Positions 46,123-56,274 of a stretch of 64,000 nucleotides of DNA are shown here, piece by piece. The notes below the pieces were generated by a model that was given only the letters and a program-made list of their open reading frames with translations, had not been told where the DNA came from and did no database searches. Origin of the DNA: a virus. The stretch is from positions 32,001 to 96,000 of the IMG/VR virus record IMGVR_UViG_3300046777_001715, one strand, 5' to 3'. The stretch's first letter is position 1. Every line of letters starts with the position of its first letter. The translations under genes were made by a program, and so were the position numbers.

Positions 46123-47305
46123 AGACATATCAACAATACTTGCAGACAATGTTGATGACCTATTTACTTCCCACAAAGACGTCTGGGATGGGCTTAAGTC
46201 TTATTACTATAAATTTAAGGCAGTTCCAGAAGTTGGCGTACTAACAGATAGATTTAGAGACTTTGAATCTACAGAAGTAAAGGCAGAAACTGGATACTAC
46301 CTAGAGCAACTTAAGGCAGAGTATTTAACAAGTAAGCTTAAGACTATTATTTTGCGTTCAGGCGCAGGACTAAAAGAAGATGCTCCTTCAAGAGTTATTG
46401 CACAAATGCAAGCAGACCTTGCAAGTCTTTCTAAGTTTACAAGTAATGTTAGAGATTTAGATGTAACAGATTTTGAGTCTGCAGAAAAGTATTTTGAGCA
46501 AGTTAGACAACGTGCCAGCATAATGGGAGGAAGCCCAGGAATCCCAACAGGATTCAAGGCAATGGATACTGCATATGCAACTGGTATGGCACCAGGACAT
46601 TTAATTGTTGCAATTGGTTGGCCAGGTCGTGGTAAGACATGGTTCACATCATACCTTGCATGTAAAGCTTGGGAACAAGGATTCAAGCCGATGATCATTT
46701 CCCTTGAAATGTCACCAGAAGACATGCGTAACCGTATCTATACAATGATGGGTTCTGGTCTGTTTAAGGCTAGTGATTTTTCAAGAGGTGACGTAAACGT
46801 TGACGACTTCAGATCATGGAGTAAGAAGAATTTTGAGGGCAAGAACGGATTTGTTCTTGTCTCAAATGAAGGAATGGGTTCTGTAAATGCTAATACTGTT
46901 CAAGCAAAAATTGACCAGCATAAGCCAGACCTAGTAATTCTGGATTACCACCAGCTATTCTCAGATACCAAGGGAAGCACTGGGGCTACAGAGAGAAATA
47001 TGAACGTTTCTCGTGAATTCAAGATGCTTGCAATGAACAATAATATTCCAATTATTGATATCACTGCAGCAACAATGGACGATGTCTCAGACCAAGACAA
47101 TCCACCAATGCTTTCGCAGGTGGCATGGTCAAAGGCTATTGAATATGATGCTGACATGGCAATCGCCATCCATAGATACACTGACACAAATATGATTGAA
47201 ATTGTGTCCAGAAAGAACCGCCATGGAGATGGCTTTGGATTCTATTTGGACTGGGATATCAATCGGGGTATAATTAAGGAGATATATGAAAATATTCAGA
47301 AATGA
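46079..47305 (+). CDS. dnaB: Replicative DnaB-like helicase
   Basis: Walker A GWPGRGKT; SLEMS, ILDYHQL, IEYDAD and KNRHG. Confidence 0.92.
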   Translation: MNTEATLISAICKNKDISTILADNVDDLFTSHKDVWDGLKSYYYKFKAVPEVGVLTDRFRDFESTEVKAETGYYLEQLKAEYLTSKLKTIILRSGAGLKEDAPSRVIAQMQADLASLSKFTSNVRDLDVTDFESAEKYFEQVRQRASIMGGSPGIPTGFKAMDTAYATGMAPGHLIVAIGWPGRGKTWFTSYLACKAWEQGFKPMIISLEMSPEDMRNRIYTMMGSGLFKASDFSRGDVNVDDFRSWSKKNFEGKNGFVLVSNEGMGSVNANTVQAKIDQHKPDLVILDYHQLFSDTKGSTGATERNMNVSREFKMLAMNNNIPIIDITAATMDDVSDQDNPPMLSQVAWSKAIEYDADMAIAIHRYTDTNMIEIVSRKNRHGDGFGFYLDWDINRGIIKEIYENIQK

Positions 47306-47604
47306 CCCATCAGCGTATACAGAGATTCCAGGTCAGAGCACAATTTAATAGTGATGCAGATATCATTAGAGTCCGTGCTCAATATGAGTCACTCTTAATT
47401 CAGGAAATGCGAGATAAAGGATTTGTCAGAGTTCTTGACATTGATCCTACATTCTCTGTATCATATGACCAAGAAGTTTGGTCCTTTATATTAACAATGC
47501 ACAGTGTGCACGTAGGAAAGAAGAAGGCATGGCAATCAGAGGGTATTACGCAAGGAAAATTGATTCCACGAGATACACGCCCTCACACATTAAGTCAATT
47601 TTAA
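47302..47604 (+). CDS. Hypothetical protein
   Basis: ATGA-coupled ORF between helicase and primase. Confidence 0.6.
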   Translation: MTHQRIQRFQVRAQFNSDADIIRVRAQYESLLIQEMRDKGFVRVLDIDPTFSVSYDQEVWSFILTMHSVHVGKKKAWQSEGITQGKLIPRDTRPHTLSQF

Positions 47605-48524
47605 AATCTCTTAATGTTTCAGTGGTGGGTGAGACTGGTAACGATTTTTTGGCATACTGTCCATTTCATTCAAATAGACACAGCTCAAGCTTTAGCGTAA
47701 GCAAAGAGTTTGGCGCATGGTTGTGTTTTAATCCTGCATGCGGAGAAAGTGGAACGTTAATAGATTTAGTAAAAAGAATAACAAACAGAAACGACTATGA
47801 AGCACTTAGATTTATAAGTGTTAAAGAAGCAGAAGTCCTTGCAGACTTTGATGATCTTTTAGAAGACACATTGGAAGAGAAGCCAGACTTTATTGAGTTT
47901 GATTCAACAACAATTGAAAAGCTTACATCTGAAATGAAGCAGTATGATGATGGAAGAGTTTATATGCATGGTCGTGGATTCACAGACGAGACTTTGGAGT
48001 ATTTTAATGTTGGCTATTCTAGCAACCGCAATATGGTTACAGTTCCTGTGCACAGTCCAGATGGGACTTGTGTTGGGGTTGTTGGCCGCAGTATCAAGGA
48101 GAAGGAGTTTAAGAACTCACCAGGACTCCCTCGTAATTCTACTCTTTTCAATATTCATCGTGCTAAACGCATTGGTGCAACTTGTATCATTGTGGAGTCT
48201 AGTTTCGATGCAATGAGAGTACATCAGGCGGGATTCCCAAATGTTGTAGCAACTCTTGGAGGTCATATATCTTCAAATAACCTTTCTTTATTAAATAGGT
48301 ATTTCAATAGAATAATTATAATGACAGATAATGACCAAGCAGGCAGAGCCCTTGGCAATAACATATTTAATAAACTACGTAATAAAGATGTATTGTGGGC
48401 TTCTTATGAATATGGTAAGATATATCCACATGATGCAAAAGACGCAGGAGATATGACTGATCAAGAAATTAAAACCTGTATAAATAACTCAGTGTCGCAT
48501 ATTGAATATGTCAGCTGGGAATGA
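47529..48524 (+). CDS. dnaG: DNA primase
   Basis: CPFH...CFNPAC zinc finger; TOPRIM motifs IIVES.FD, DND and KDAGD. Start chosen at ATG 47529 (uncertain). Confidence 0.88.
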   Translation: MAIRGYYARKIDSTRYTPSHIKSILKSLNVSVVGETGNDFLAYCPFHSNRHSSSFSVSKEFGAWLCFNPACGESGTLIDLVKRITNRNDYEALRFISVKEAEVLADFDDLLEDTLEEKPDFIEFDSTTIEKLTSEMKQYDDGRVYMHGRGFTDETLEYFNVGYSSNRNMVTVPVHSPDGTCVGVVGRSIKEKEFKNSPGLPRNSTLFNIHRAKRIGATCIIVESSFDAMRVHQAGFPNVVATLGGHISSNNLSLLNRYFNRIIIMTDNDQAGRALGNNIFNKLRNKDVLWASYEYGKIYPHDAKDAGDMTDQEIKTCINNSVSHIEYVSWE

Positions 48525-48530
48525 TATAAT
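48522..48530 (+). promoter_or_regulatory. Extended -10 TGATATAAT for ssb
   Basis: Overlaps the primase stop; followed by a small hairpin and SD. Confidence 0.6.
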
Positions 48531-48582
48531 AATTACATAGATGGATATACACCATCAACTACATTAGAAAAAGGAATATATT

Positions 48583-49257
48583 ATGGGTATCGTAAAAGGA
48601 TTAAAGGATTTAAATAAGACATTAGACAAGCCACAGTCTTCAGGTGGCGATAGCGTTAAGGGCCGTTGGGTAAAGCTAGAGGACGGCGAGAGCGTAAAGG
48701 TAAGATTTCTTCAGGAGCTTGATCCTGATTCACCAACATACAACGATAAGTTAGGTCTAGGATTTATTGCAGTAGAACACACAAACCCAAAGGATTATCG
48801 TCGTAAGGCGTTATGCTCAATTGACGACCAAGGAAAGTGCTGGGGTTGTGAGCAACACCGCAAAGACTACAAGGCTGGCTGGAAGGGTCGTTCACGACTT
48901 TACATTAATGTGTTGGTTGATGACGGCAAGGAAGAGCCATACGTTGCAATTCTTTCACAAGGAAGCAGCGGAAAAACAATTACACCTACACTAATTGAAT
49001 ATGCTGGAGAAATGGGAAGCATCACAAATCTCATGTGGCGTATTAAGCGTTCTGGAACAAAGACAGACACAAGCTACACAATCATTCCGCTTGCAAAGGA
49101 TGAGGTTGAATTTGATTCCTCTAAGCTTGAAATCTTTGAGCTAGAAAAGACCGCAGTTCGTGATCTTCCTTATGCAGATCAAGAGTCATTCTATCTGTTT
49201 GGCGACAATGACAAGAGCGAAGGCTCAGAGTCAACTGGTAGCAATTTAGAGTGGTAA
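48583..49257 (+). CDS. Single-stranded DNA-binding protein (gp32-like)
   Basis: WVKLEDGESVKVRF, a C..D...C.GC zinc site, IKRSG..TDTSY and an acidic tail ending in W. Confidence 0.75.
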   Translation: MGIVKGLKDLNKTLDKPQSSGGDSVKGRWVKLEDGESVKVRFLQELDPDSPTYNDKLGLGFIAVEHTNPKDYRRKALCSIDDQGKCWGCEQHRKDYKAGWKGRSRLYINVLVDDGKEEPYVAILSQGSSGKTITPTLIEYAGEMGSITNLMWRIKRSGTKTDTSYTIIPLAKDEVEFDSSKLEIFELEKTAVRDLPYADQESFYLFGDNDKSEGSESTGSNLEW

Positions 49258-49270
49258 TCTTTATAACCTG

Positions 49271-49310
49271 GGGCCAGTCTATTGACTGGCCCTAAGTTAT
49301 TTAGTAGAAT
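49271..49310 (+). promoter_or_regulatory. Hairpin GGGCCAGTC-TATT-GACTGGCCC overlapping promoter TTGACT-17-TAGAAT
   Basis: Perfect 9-bp stem after ssb; -35 at 49282, -10 at 49305, ATG 49318 (leaderless). Confidence 0.6.
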
Positions 49311-49317
49311 TTATCAA

Positions 49318-49524
49318 ATGAGATCGTACGAGATACCAGACCCATTTGAAACATTTGTTTCAAACAAGTATCGTAACTATACTGGAGCGGTATATGATTT
49401 TTTTGCCAGAGAATGGCATATGAAATGTGGCTGCTGCAAAGAAGATTTGTATGCACCAAATAAAAAAACAATGACAAAAATTAGACTTTACCATACAAGA
49501 AATGAATGCACAGGAGGCTACTGA
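49318..49524 (+). CDS. Small Cys/His zinc-binding protein
   Basis: CGCC ... H....C; TGATG-coupled to dnaE. Confidence 0.6.
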   Translation: MRSYEIPDPFETFVSNKYRNYTGAVYDFFAREWHMKCGCCKEDLYAPNKKTMTKIRLYHTRNECTGGY

Positions 49525-52500
49525 TGAATTTTACGCATCTTCATGTTCACAGTTATTACAGCCTAATGGATGGATACAACTCTCCAAAAGAATTGCTTCA
49601 AGCAGCAAAAGATTTAGGTCAGACAGCTCTAGCTGTTACTGATCACGGCACCCTATCGTCTCATAGAGATATGCAGATTGCGGCAAAAGAGCTTGGCATG
49701 AAGCCCATCCTTGGCGTAGAGGCATACATATCTCCAACAGATAGATTTGATAGATCATCTAAAACAGATAAAACAATTCAGGCATACAACCACATCATCT
49801 TGCTTGCAAAAAATCAAAATGGATTAAACAATATTAACAAGCTACAGGAATTAGCTTGGACAGAAGGTTTTTATCACAAACCACGTATTGATAGAGAAAT
49901 CCTTAAAGAGTTTGGCGAAGATATTATTATTTTGTCAGGCTGCCTAAACGGTCTTATAACAAAGGCAATTGAAAAGAATGAGTTTGCAGATGCAAAAATG
50001 ATGCTCAAATGGTTCAAGACAAACTTTGGAGACAACTTTTATGTTGAGGTTCAGCCTGCAAATCCACCTGAGATAAATAAAAAGCTTCTGGAACTTGCAG
50101 ACGAAATTGGAATTAAGCCTGTTGCAACTGCAGATGCACACTTTTCTAAAGAAGAAGAGCGGGTTGTAGAAGAGGCCATGCTTATTCTATCAACATCCCC
50201 TAAAGTAAATAAAGATCTTGATTTTGATAAGTCACGTACATTTGAAAATATGTTTGACAGATTTAATTATCTTTGGCCAGACCGTAGAATTTCATTTGAA
50301 CATTTAGATTTGTATATTATGAGCAGAGAAGAAATGTCTGCTGAATTTAATAAACAAGGAATTACCAGAACTGATATCTATGACAATACTGTGCATATTT
50401 CAAACCAAGTTGAGGAATATTCATTTGGGCAGGGCTTGGACCTGCTTCCAGTCCCAAAGACCAATGCTGATAAAAAGCTTAGGGAGCTGGCTGAGGCTGG
50501 CCTAGAAAGGCTCGGAAAAGCCTCTGAAGGGGTCTATAAGGACCGTTTGGACGAAGAGCTAGGTGTTATCAAGGACAAAAATTTTGCCTCATACTTCCTG
50601 ATTGTTTCAGATATGATTAATTGGGCTAAAGAGCAGGGTATTAAGGTCGGTCCAGGTCGTGGCTCCGCTGCAGGCTCTTTGGTTTGCTATGCCCTAGGAA
50701 TCACAGAAGTAGATCCAATTAAATATGACCTTTTGTTTTTCAGATTTATTAACCCAGAGCGTAATGACTTTCCAGATATTGATACGGACTTTGAAGACCG
50801 TAGACGTAAAGAGGTAAAGGATTATTTAAAGAAAAGATTTAAAAACGTTGCATCTATTTCTACATTTACTTATTTTAAAGATAAGGGTGTAGTTCGTGAT
50901 GCTGCTCGTGTATTTATGATTCCTCTTCAAGAAGTTAACCGTGCTCTAAAGTCCGTTGACACATTTGAAGACTATATGGAGTCTCCAAATACAAAAGAAT
51001 TTAGAATGAAGTATCCAGAAGTTGGCTGGCTTGCAGAAAATTGGCGTGGAAGAATTAGAAGTACAGGTGTTCACGCAGCTGGAGTTGTTGTTGCTAAAGA
51101 TGATTTAAGAAATTATGCGCCAATTGAAACTCGTGAAGATCCAAAAGATAAAGTTTCTGGAAGAATTCCAGTAGTTGCTTATGAGATGGAGACGGTTGCA
51201 GACATTGGCCTTATCAAGATGGATGCTCTGGGTCTAAAAGCCCTATCTATTTTGTCTGACACATTGGCATCTATTAAAGATAGATACGGAAAAGAAATTG
51301 TACTTAACGATATTAATCTTGAAGACCCTGAAGTTTATAAGAATTTAAGTCAAGGTTATACCAAAGGTGTATTTCAGGCTGAAGCAACTCCATACACAAA
51401 CCTTTTAATTAAAATGGGTGTGGATAAATTTGAAGACTTGGTTGCATCAAATGCTTTGGTGCGTCCAGGAGCAATGAACACCGTAGGTGCTTCATACATT
51501 AACAGAAAAAACGGCAGAGAAGCGGTTGACTATACTCACCCGATCATGCGTCCTTTTACAGAAAACACATATGGTGTTATTATATATCAAGAGCAAGTTA
51601 TGCAAGCATGCGTACACTTGGGAGGGATGTCTTGGTCTGAAGCTGACAAGGTTCGCAAGATTATTGGTAAGAAAAAGGATGCAAAAGAATTCGACCAGTT
51701 CAAGGATAAGTTCGTTGCTGGCGCTTCAAAACACATTTCTAAGAAGCAGGCCGAAGACCTCTGGCATGCCTTTGAAGCTCACGCTGGCTATTCCTTTAAC
51801 CGTTCTCACGCCGTTGCTTATTCCATGGTTTCTTTCTACACTGCTTGGCTTAAGACTTATTACCCTCTTGAGTTCATGTTCGCTATCCTTAAGAATGAAA
51901 CAGATAAAGACGCAAGAACAGAATACCTAATTGAATCAAAAAGATTGGGTTTGAAAGTTTTACTTCCACATATTAATGAATCTGAAATTGATTTTTCTTT
52001 ACAGAAAGACTCAATGAGGTTTGGTCTTGCGGATGTAAAATACATATCGGATAATATAGCAAGTAAAATAATTAAGGGAAGGCCGTATTTACACTATGAA
52101 GATTTCATGGAAAAAAGCTCTGTTAAAAACAGTGGCGTTAACAGTCGTGCTATTGGGGCTCTTAATGCTATTGGGGCAGCAGCTTTTAAAGACAATCCAA
52201 GAACAGGATTAGAGCAAGAAAGTTTTTACGAGTATCTTGGTATACCTCAGTTTAATTTGCAAGATTTGCCACCAGTAATTAAAGCTCAGGCAAGACCTAT
52301 TGAAGAGTTTGACGACCTAGGATCTTTTGTTATGTTTGGCATGGTTAAAGGAATTAAACGTGGCACAGGCTGGGCAAGAATTGAATTGGTTGACGAAACT
52401 GGATCAATTGGTTTATTCCATACAGAGCAAACTCAAATTGAAGTTGGCCAAATGTACTTTATTTTGGTTGGAGATAACAGAATTGCAAGGTATGTAAAGG

Positions 52501-52796
52501 TGTCTGAGATCAAACAAGACAGCGAAGATTTGTTTGTAGACTATTTATATCGTCAAGAATATGACAATATTCCTGAAGACAAGTATATGGTTCTAAATTT
52601 TACACCTTATAAAACAAAGGCTGGAAAAACAATGGCTCATATAGTCTTTACAAATAAAGACAAAGAGTTGACAAGAGCAATTGTGTTCTCAACAATGTAT
52701 AAGATAGCTTTAGCAAAGCTAAGAGAAGGAATGGTCTGTGATGTTGTCTTGTCAAAACTAGATGATGGAACACTTATGGTAAAGGAAATAAAATGA
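49524..52796 (+). CDS. dnaE: DNA polymerase III alpha subunit
   Basis: HLHVHSYYSLMDG PHP domain, GPGRGSAAGSL, PDIDTDF and YSFNRSH. Confidence 0.97.
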   Translation: MNFTHLHVHSYYSLMDGYNSPKELLQAAKDLGQTALAVTDHGTLSSHRDMQIAAKELGMKPILGVEAYISPTDRFDRSSKTDKTIQAYNHIILLAKNQNGLNNINKLQELAWTEGFYHKPRIDREILKEFGEDIIILSGCLNGLITKAIEKNEFADAKMMLKWFKTNFGDNFYVEVQPANPPEINKKLLELADEIGIKPVATADAHFSKEEERVVEEAMLILSTSPKVNKDLDFDKSRTFENMFDRFNYLWPDRRISFEHLDLYIMSREEMSAEFNKQGITRTDIYDNTVHISNQVEEYSFGQGLDLLPVPKTNADKKLRELAEAGLERLGKASEGVYKDRLDEELGVIKDKNFASYFLIVSDMINWAKEQGIKVGPGRGSAAGSLVCYALGITEVDPIKYDLLFFRFINPERNDFPDIDTDFEDRRRKEVKDYLKKRFKNVASISTFTYFKDKGVVRDAARVFMIPLQEVNRALKSVDTFEDYMESPNTKEFRMKYPEVGWLAENWRGRIRSTGVHAAGVVVAKDDLRNYAPIETREDPKDKVSGRIPVVAYEMETVADIGLIKMDALGLKALSILSDTLASIKDRYGKEIVLNDINLEDPEVYKNLSQGYTKGVFQAEATPYTNLLIKMGVDKFEDLVASNALVRPGAMNTVGASYINRKNGREAVDYTHPIMRPFTENTYGVIIYQEQVMQACVHLGGMSWSEADKVRKIIGKKKDAKEFDQFKDKFVAGASKHISKKQAEDLWHAFEAHAGYSFNRSHAVAYSMVSFYTAWLKTYYPLEFMFAILKNETDKDARTEYLIESKRLGLKVLLPHINESEIDFSLQKDSMRFGLADVKYISDNIASKIIKGRPYLHYEDFMEKSSVKNSGVNSRAIGALNAIGAAAFKDNPRTGLEQESFYEYLGIPQFNLQDLPPVIKAQARPIEEFDDLGSFVMFGMVKGIKRGTGWARIELVDETGSIGLFHTEQTQIEVGQMYFILVGDNRIARYVKVSEIKQDSEDLFVDYLYRQEYDNIPEDKYMVLNFTPYKTKAGKTMAHIVFTNKDKELTRAIVFSTMYKIALAKLREGMVCDVVLSKLDDGTLMVKEIK

Positions 52797-53032
52797 TTGA
52801 AGTTATATTAACAGAGCAAGAGGCTAAAGAACTTGAAGACGCTCTTGTTTATCACATGGAGCAGTGCTTTAACACTCTTTATGATACCGAAGAGGTTGCA
52901 GAGGACTGGGAGCCATACCAGCCGTTTGACGGTTGCTCAAATTGTGAGACAAGAGAAATGCTTATGAAAACATTTGAGTGGCTTAGAAATAATAAAGATC
53001 TAGCAGTATATGTAGGAGAGAATGATGAGTGA
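52793..53032 (+). CDS. Hypothetical protein (CxxC)
   Basis: ATGA-coupled; GCSNCETRE. Confidence 0.6.
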   Translation: MIEVILTEQEAKELEDALVYHMEQCFNTLYDTEEVAEDWEPYQPFDGCSNCETREMLMKTFEWLRNNKDLAVYVGENDE

Positions 53033-53228
53033 AGATAAAGCAGATATATCTCAGGATATTAATGTAACAAATTTATTGGTGGCTATACTAAAAACAATTA
53101 AAACTGTTGATGTGCCTTCTGAGCTTGTTTTAAATCCAGCAGAAGAAGACACTGGGTTAATGGTTTCATACAATGAGTCTGATAATACATTTACAATTGC
53201 GTTAGGAGAATACAATGGGAGTAATTAA
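53022..53228 (+). CDS. Hypothetical acidic protein
   Basis: SD AGGAG. Confidence 0.6.
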   Translation: MMSEDKADISQDINVTNLLVAILKTIKTVDVPSELVLNPAEEDTGLMVSYNESDNTFTIALGEYNGSN

Positions 53229-53619
53229 AACTGATAATTTTAGAACGCCTCCAAACACAGAAAAGACTACACAGACAGCATCGAGCACACTGCTCGATCA
53301 TGGCTTAGATGAGTTGGCCCACATTCTTCATGAATCTGCAATTGAAAAAGGTTTTTGGGAGGGCGAATACAACTTTGATAAGATTGGAAATAAACTAGCT
53401 TTAGTTCATTCAGAAGTAACTGAAATTTTAGAAGCTATCAGAAAGAGTAAAGGTAGTCGTGAAATTGTTGAAGAAACAGCAGACGTTTTAATTAGATTAC
53501 TAGATGTTTATGCTGCTCTTAAACAAATGGGGCTTGTAGAAGATTCTCTAGACGAGATCCTAGATTTTAAAGTTGATAAAAATAGAGGAAGACCAAGACT
53601 TCACGGCAACCTGTTTTAA
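53215..53619 (+). CDS. MazG-like NTP pyrophosphohydrolase
   Basis: LALVHSEVTEILEAIRK ... VEETADVLIRLLD. Confidence 0.8.
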   Translation: MGVIKTDNFRTPPNTEKTTQTASSTLLDHGLDELAHILHESAIEKGFWEGEYNFDKIGNKLALVHSEVTEILEAIRKSKGSREIVEETADVLIRLLDVYAALKQMGLVEDSLDEILDFKVDKNRGRPRLHGNLF

Positions 53620-53628
53620 TGGTATACT
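53620..53628 (+). promoter_or_regulatory. Extended -10 TGGTATACT for recA
   Basis: Intergenic TGnTAnnnT. Confidence 0.55.
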
Positions 53629-53652
53629 ATCTAGATAATAGAAAGAGTTCAA

Positions 53653-54651
53653 ATGAACATTGAAGAAATTTTAGCTGGGCTAGACCCAAAAACTCGTAAA
53701 CGAGTACAAATTGCAACAGAAGTAGACAATCAAAAACAAAAAACGCCTAGCGTGGGCCTAACACTGGCCTTAAAAGGTGGTTTTGGTTATGGCAGACAAG
53801 TCCTAGTTTGGGGAAACAAGTCTGCTGGAAAGTCATCGTTTTGTTTACAAATGATTGCTTTAGCACAAAAAGAAGGAAAGACATGTGCTTGGATTGACGC
53901 AGAAGATTCATATGACCCAGCATGGGCAGAACTTCTTGGTGTTGACTCAAGTCAATTAATTTATTCTCCAGCCAAGTCTGTTAATGACATGGTGGATATT
54001 GCTACACAGTTAATGGAAGCAAACGTAGACATAATTGTTGTAGATTCAATTTCGGCTCTGCTACCTGCCATCTACTTTGAAAAAGATAGCACTGACTTGA
54101 AGAAGTTAGAAGATACAAAACAAATTGGAGCAGAAGCAAAGGATATGACCCATGCGGTCAAAATGTTAAATTATGCAAACAAAAACACACTACTTGTTCT
54201 CATCTCACAGCAACGAAATCAATTTGGATCTATGCATGCTTCACACATCCCCACAGGTGGCATGGCAGTCAAGTTCTTTTCAACCACTGTTGTCAAGCTT
54301 TGGTCTTCTGAAGCTGAAGCTAATGCTATTAAAGCTGGCGTTAAAGTTGGCGACAAAATTATCGAACAGAGAGTCGGAAGACCAGTTAATTGGATTATTG
54401 ATTACAACAAACAAGGCCCCCCAAATCTATCAGGACAATACGACTTTTACTACCAAGGGGAAACTATTGGTGTAGATGGTGTTGGAGAAACACTAGATGT
54501 TGCAGAGATGTATGGAATTATTGAAAAGGGTGGAGCATGGTACACCATTGGTGAAGAAAGGTTCCAGGGTCGTGCTAAGGCAGTACAATACCTTAGAGAT
54601 AATCCAGAAGTTGTAGAAGAGTTAAGGGAAAAAATTTATGCCAGATCTTAA
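53653..54651 (+). CDS. recA: RecA-like recombinase
   Basis: GNKSAGKS, WIDAE, IVVDSISAL, TGGMAVKF and KGGAWY. Confidence 0.92.
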   Translation: MNIEEILAGLDPKTRKRVQIATEVDNQKQKTPSVGLTLALKGGFGYGRQVLVWGNKSAGKSSFCLQMIALAQKEGKTCAWIDAEDSYDPAWAELLGVDSSQLIYSPAKSVNDMVDIATQLMEANVDIIVVDSISALLPAIYFEKDSTDLKKLEDTKQIGAEAKDMTHAVKMLNYANKNTLLVLISQQRNQFGSMHASHIPTGGMAVKFFSTTVVKLWSSEAEANAIKAGVKVGDKIIEQRVGRPVNWIIDYNKQGPPNLSGQYDFYYQGETIGVDGVGETLDVAEMYGIIEKGGAWYTIGEERFQGRAKAVQYLRDNPEVVEELREKIYARS

Positions 54652-54853
54652 CGATTTTATTAATGATGTTACTTCAGATAAAAAAGAGGTCGTAGAAGAA
54701 TTAGTTATTGATTCTGACCTACCAGTTTTTGGCGGAACATTTCAATGCCAAGAATGTAGCAATGAAGTAAACAGCGCAATGTTTAAGTCTAAGGAGGAAA
54801 AGCTTACGTGGACTTGTCCAGATGGACATGTTTCGTCAGTTCCATTTAAATAA
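54638..54853 (+). CDS. Small zinc-ribbon protein
   Basis: CQEC ... CPDGH. Confidence 0.65.
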   Translation: MPDLNDFINDVTSDKKEVVEELVIDSDLPVFGGTFQCQECSNEVNSAMFKSKEEKLTWTCPDGHVSSVPFK

Positions 54854-55161
54854 TGTCAGAGAGAGCAGAAATTAAAAGAGATGGCGCAAAAGGGCACAAG
54901 AATTCTGGTCGTGGGAATTACCAAAAAGCAGATGCTACCTGGCGTAATTTTGTAGTAGACTATAAAGAATACTCCAAATCAATCTCTATTTCACAAGACA
55001 TATGGGCAAAGATTTGTACAGATACTTTTAAAGTAAGTAGGGACAAAAGCCCAGTACTCAAGCTAATACTTGGCGGAGAAGGCTCTAAAACCAGACTTGC
55101 AGTAATTGAGTGGGCACTACTAGAGCAATTAATAGAATGTTGGGAGACACACAATGAGTGA
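54853..55161 (+). CDS. PD-(D/E)xK Holliday junction resolvase-like protein
   Basis: NSGRG..QKAD ... VVDYKE. Confidence 0.6.
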   Translation: MSERAEIKRDGAKGHKNSGRGNYQKADATWRNFVVDYKEYSKSISISQDIWAKICTDTFKVSRDKSPVLKLILGGEGSKTRLAVIEWALLEQLIECWETHNE

Positions 55162-55489
55162 TAAAAATACACTGGAGCTTATAAGCGAAATTACAGAATT
55201 TAATGACTTGCATGAATTTATGTCTGACGAACAGTTAGATAGAGCCCTTGCAATTCTGGTAAAATTAATTATGAACCCAGAAGTTCCTTCCGCTAAAGCT
55301 CCAATGCTAATTATAGAATTGCAGGCAATTAGTGCCAAACTTGCCATTTTAGCCTCATTTTACTCAACTATTGCCAAAGATAAGGCTGGAACTGTAAACA
55401 ACAACAAAAAGAATGTCTACTACTCAGTCAAAGAAGCTCTGGATAGATTAGTTGATGCACTTAAGTATTCTGCGAGGTATAGCCTTTAA
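55154..55489 (+). CDS. Hypothetical helical protein
   Basis: ORF in the recombination operon. Confidence 0.6.
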   Translation: MSDKNTLELISEITEFNDLHEFMSDEQLDRALAILVKLIMNPEVPSAKAPMLIIELQAISAKLAILASFYSTIAKDKAGTVNNNKKNVYYSVKEALDRLVDALKYSARYSL

Positions 55490-56274
55490 TGGGTAAAGCA
55501 ATTATAAGTAATTTAAAGTTTAAAAAGTATGTTGGAAAATTTGATCCAGCATCTTTTGGCCAGCAACTAGATGACGCCTACCTTGCCACAAAAAGACCAG
55601 ATGGAGAAATGACAAAGTATTCTTTTAGTCCTAGCACAATTGGATATGGTCATGGAAATTGTCCAAGATACTGGTACATGGCATTTAGTGGTGCAGAATT
55701 TATTGATGACAACAGCGCAGTAAATGTTGCTAACATGGCTGTTGGAACACAGTCTCATGAAAGACTTCAAGGTTTAATTAAAACCTTCCCAGAGTTTGTT
55801 GAAGAAGAAAAAGAAATTAAAAACGAATATCCACCAATTCGTGGTTTCATAGACCTAGTTATGAATTACGACGGAGAAACTGTTATTGGAGAAATTAAAA
55901 CTGCAAAGCAGGAGGTCTGGGATACCAGACAAGCAGAGATGAAGTCTTCAACAAACCATATGCTTCAGCTTCTTACTTATATGAAGCTAACAAATGCCAA
56001 AGAGGGATTCTTTTTGTATGAGAATAAGAACACACAAGAGGTGCTTGTAATTCCAATTCAAATGAATGATAGAAACTCAAAGATTATTAACGACACATTT
56101 GATTGGCTATGCAAGGTTTGGGACAACTTTAAGGAAGGAGATCTTCCAGTCATTCCAGACGGGTATACAAAGTCAAAGTCTCCATGCAAGTATTGCCCAT
56201 TAAAGAAGTCTTGCTGGTCAAAAACTGCAGACGAAGGTTCTGTACACATATCTCCAATGGATGTGACAGTGTAA
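55489..56274 (+). CDS. Cas4-like/RecB-family exonuclease
   Basis: SPS...CPR, GT..HE, GFID, EIKT, QL..Y and C..C.....C Fe-S motif. Confidence 0.85.
   Translation: MGKAIISNLKFKKYVGKFDPASFGQQLDDAYLATKRPDGEMTKYSFSPSTIGYGHGNCPRYWYMAFSGAEFIDDNSAVNVANMAVGTQSHERLQGLIKTFPEFVEEEKEIKNEYPPIRGFIDLVMNYDGETVIGEIKTAKQEVWDTRQAEMKSSTNHMLQLLTYMKLTNAKEGFFLYENKNTQEVLVIPIQMNDRNSKIINDTFDWLCKVWDNFKEGDLPVIPDGYTKSKSPCKYCPLKKSCWSKTADEGSVHISPMDVTV

Noticed and set aside
55489-56274. Cas4-like gene as evidence of a CRISPR-Cas system
   Set aside because: No repeat-spacer array or other cas genes were seen. Solo Cas4-like nucleases are common in phage recombination modules.
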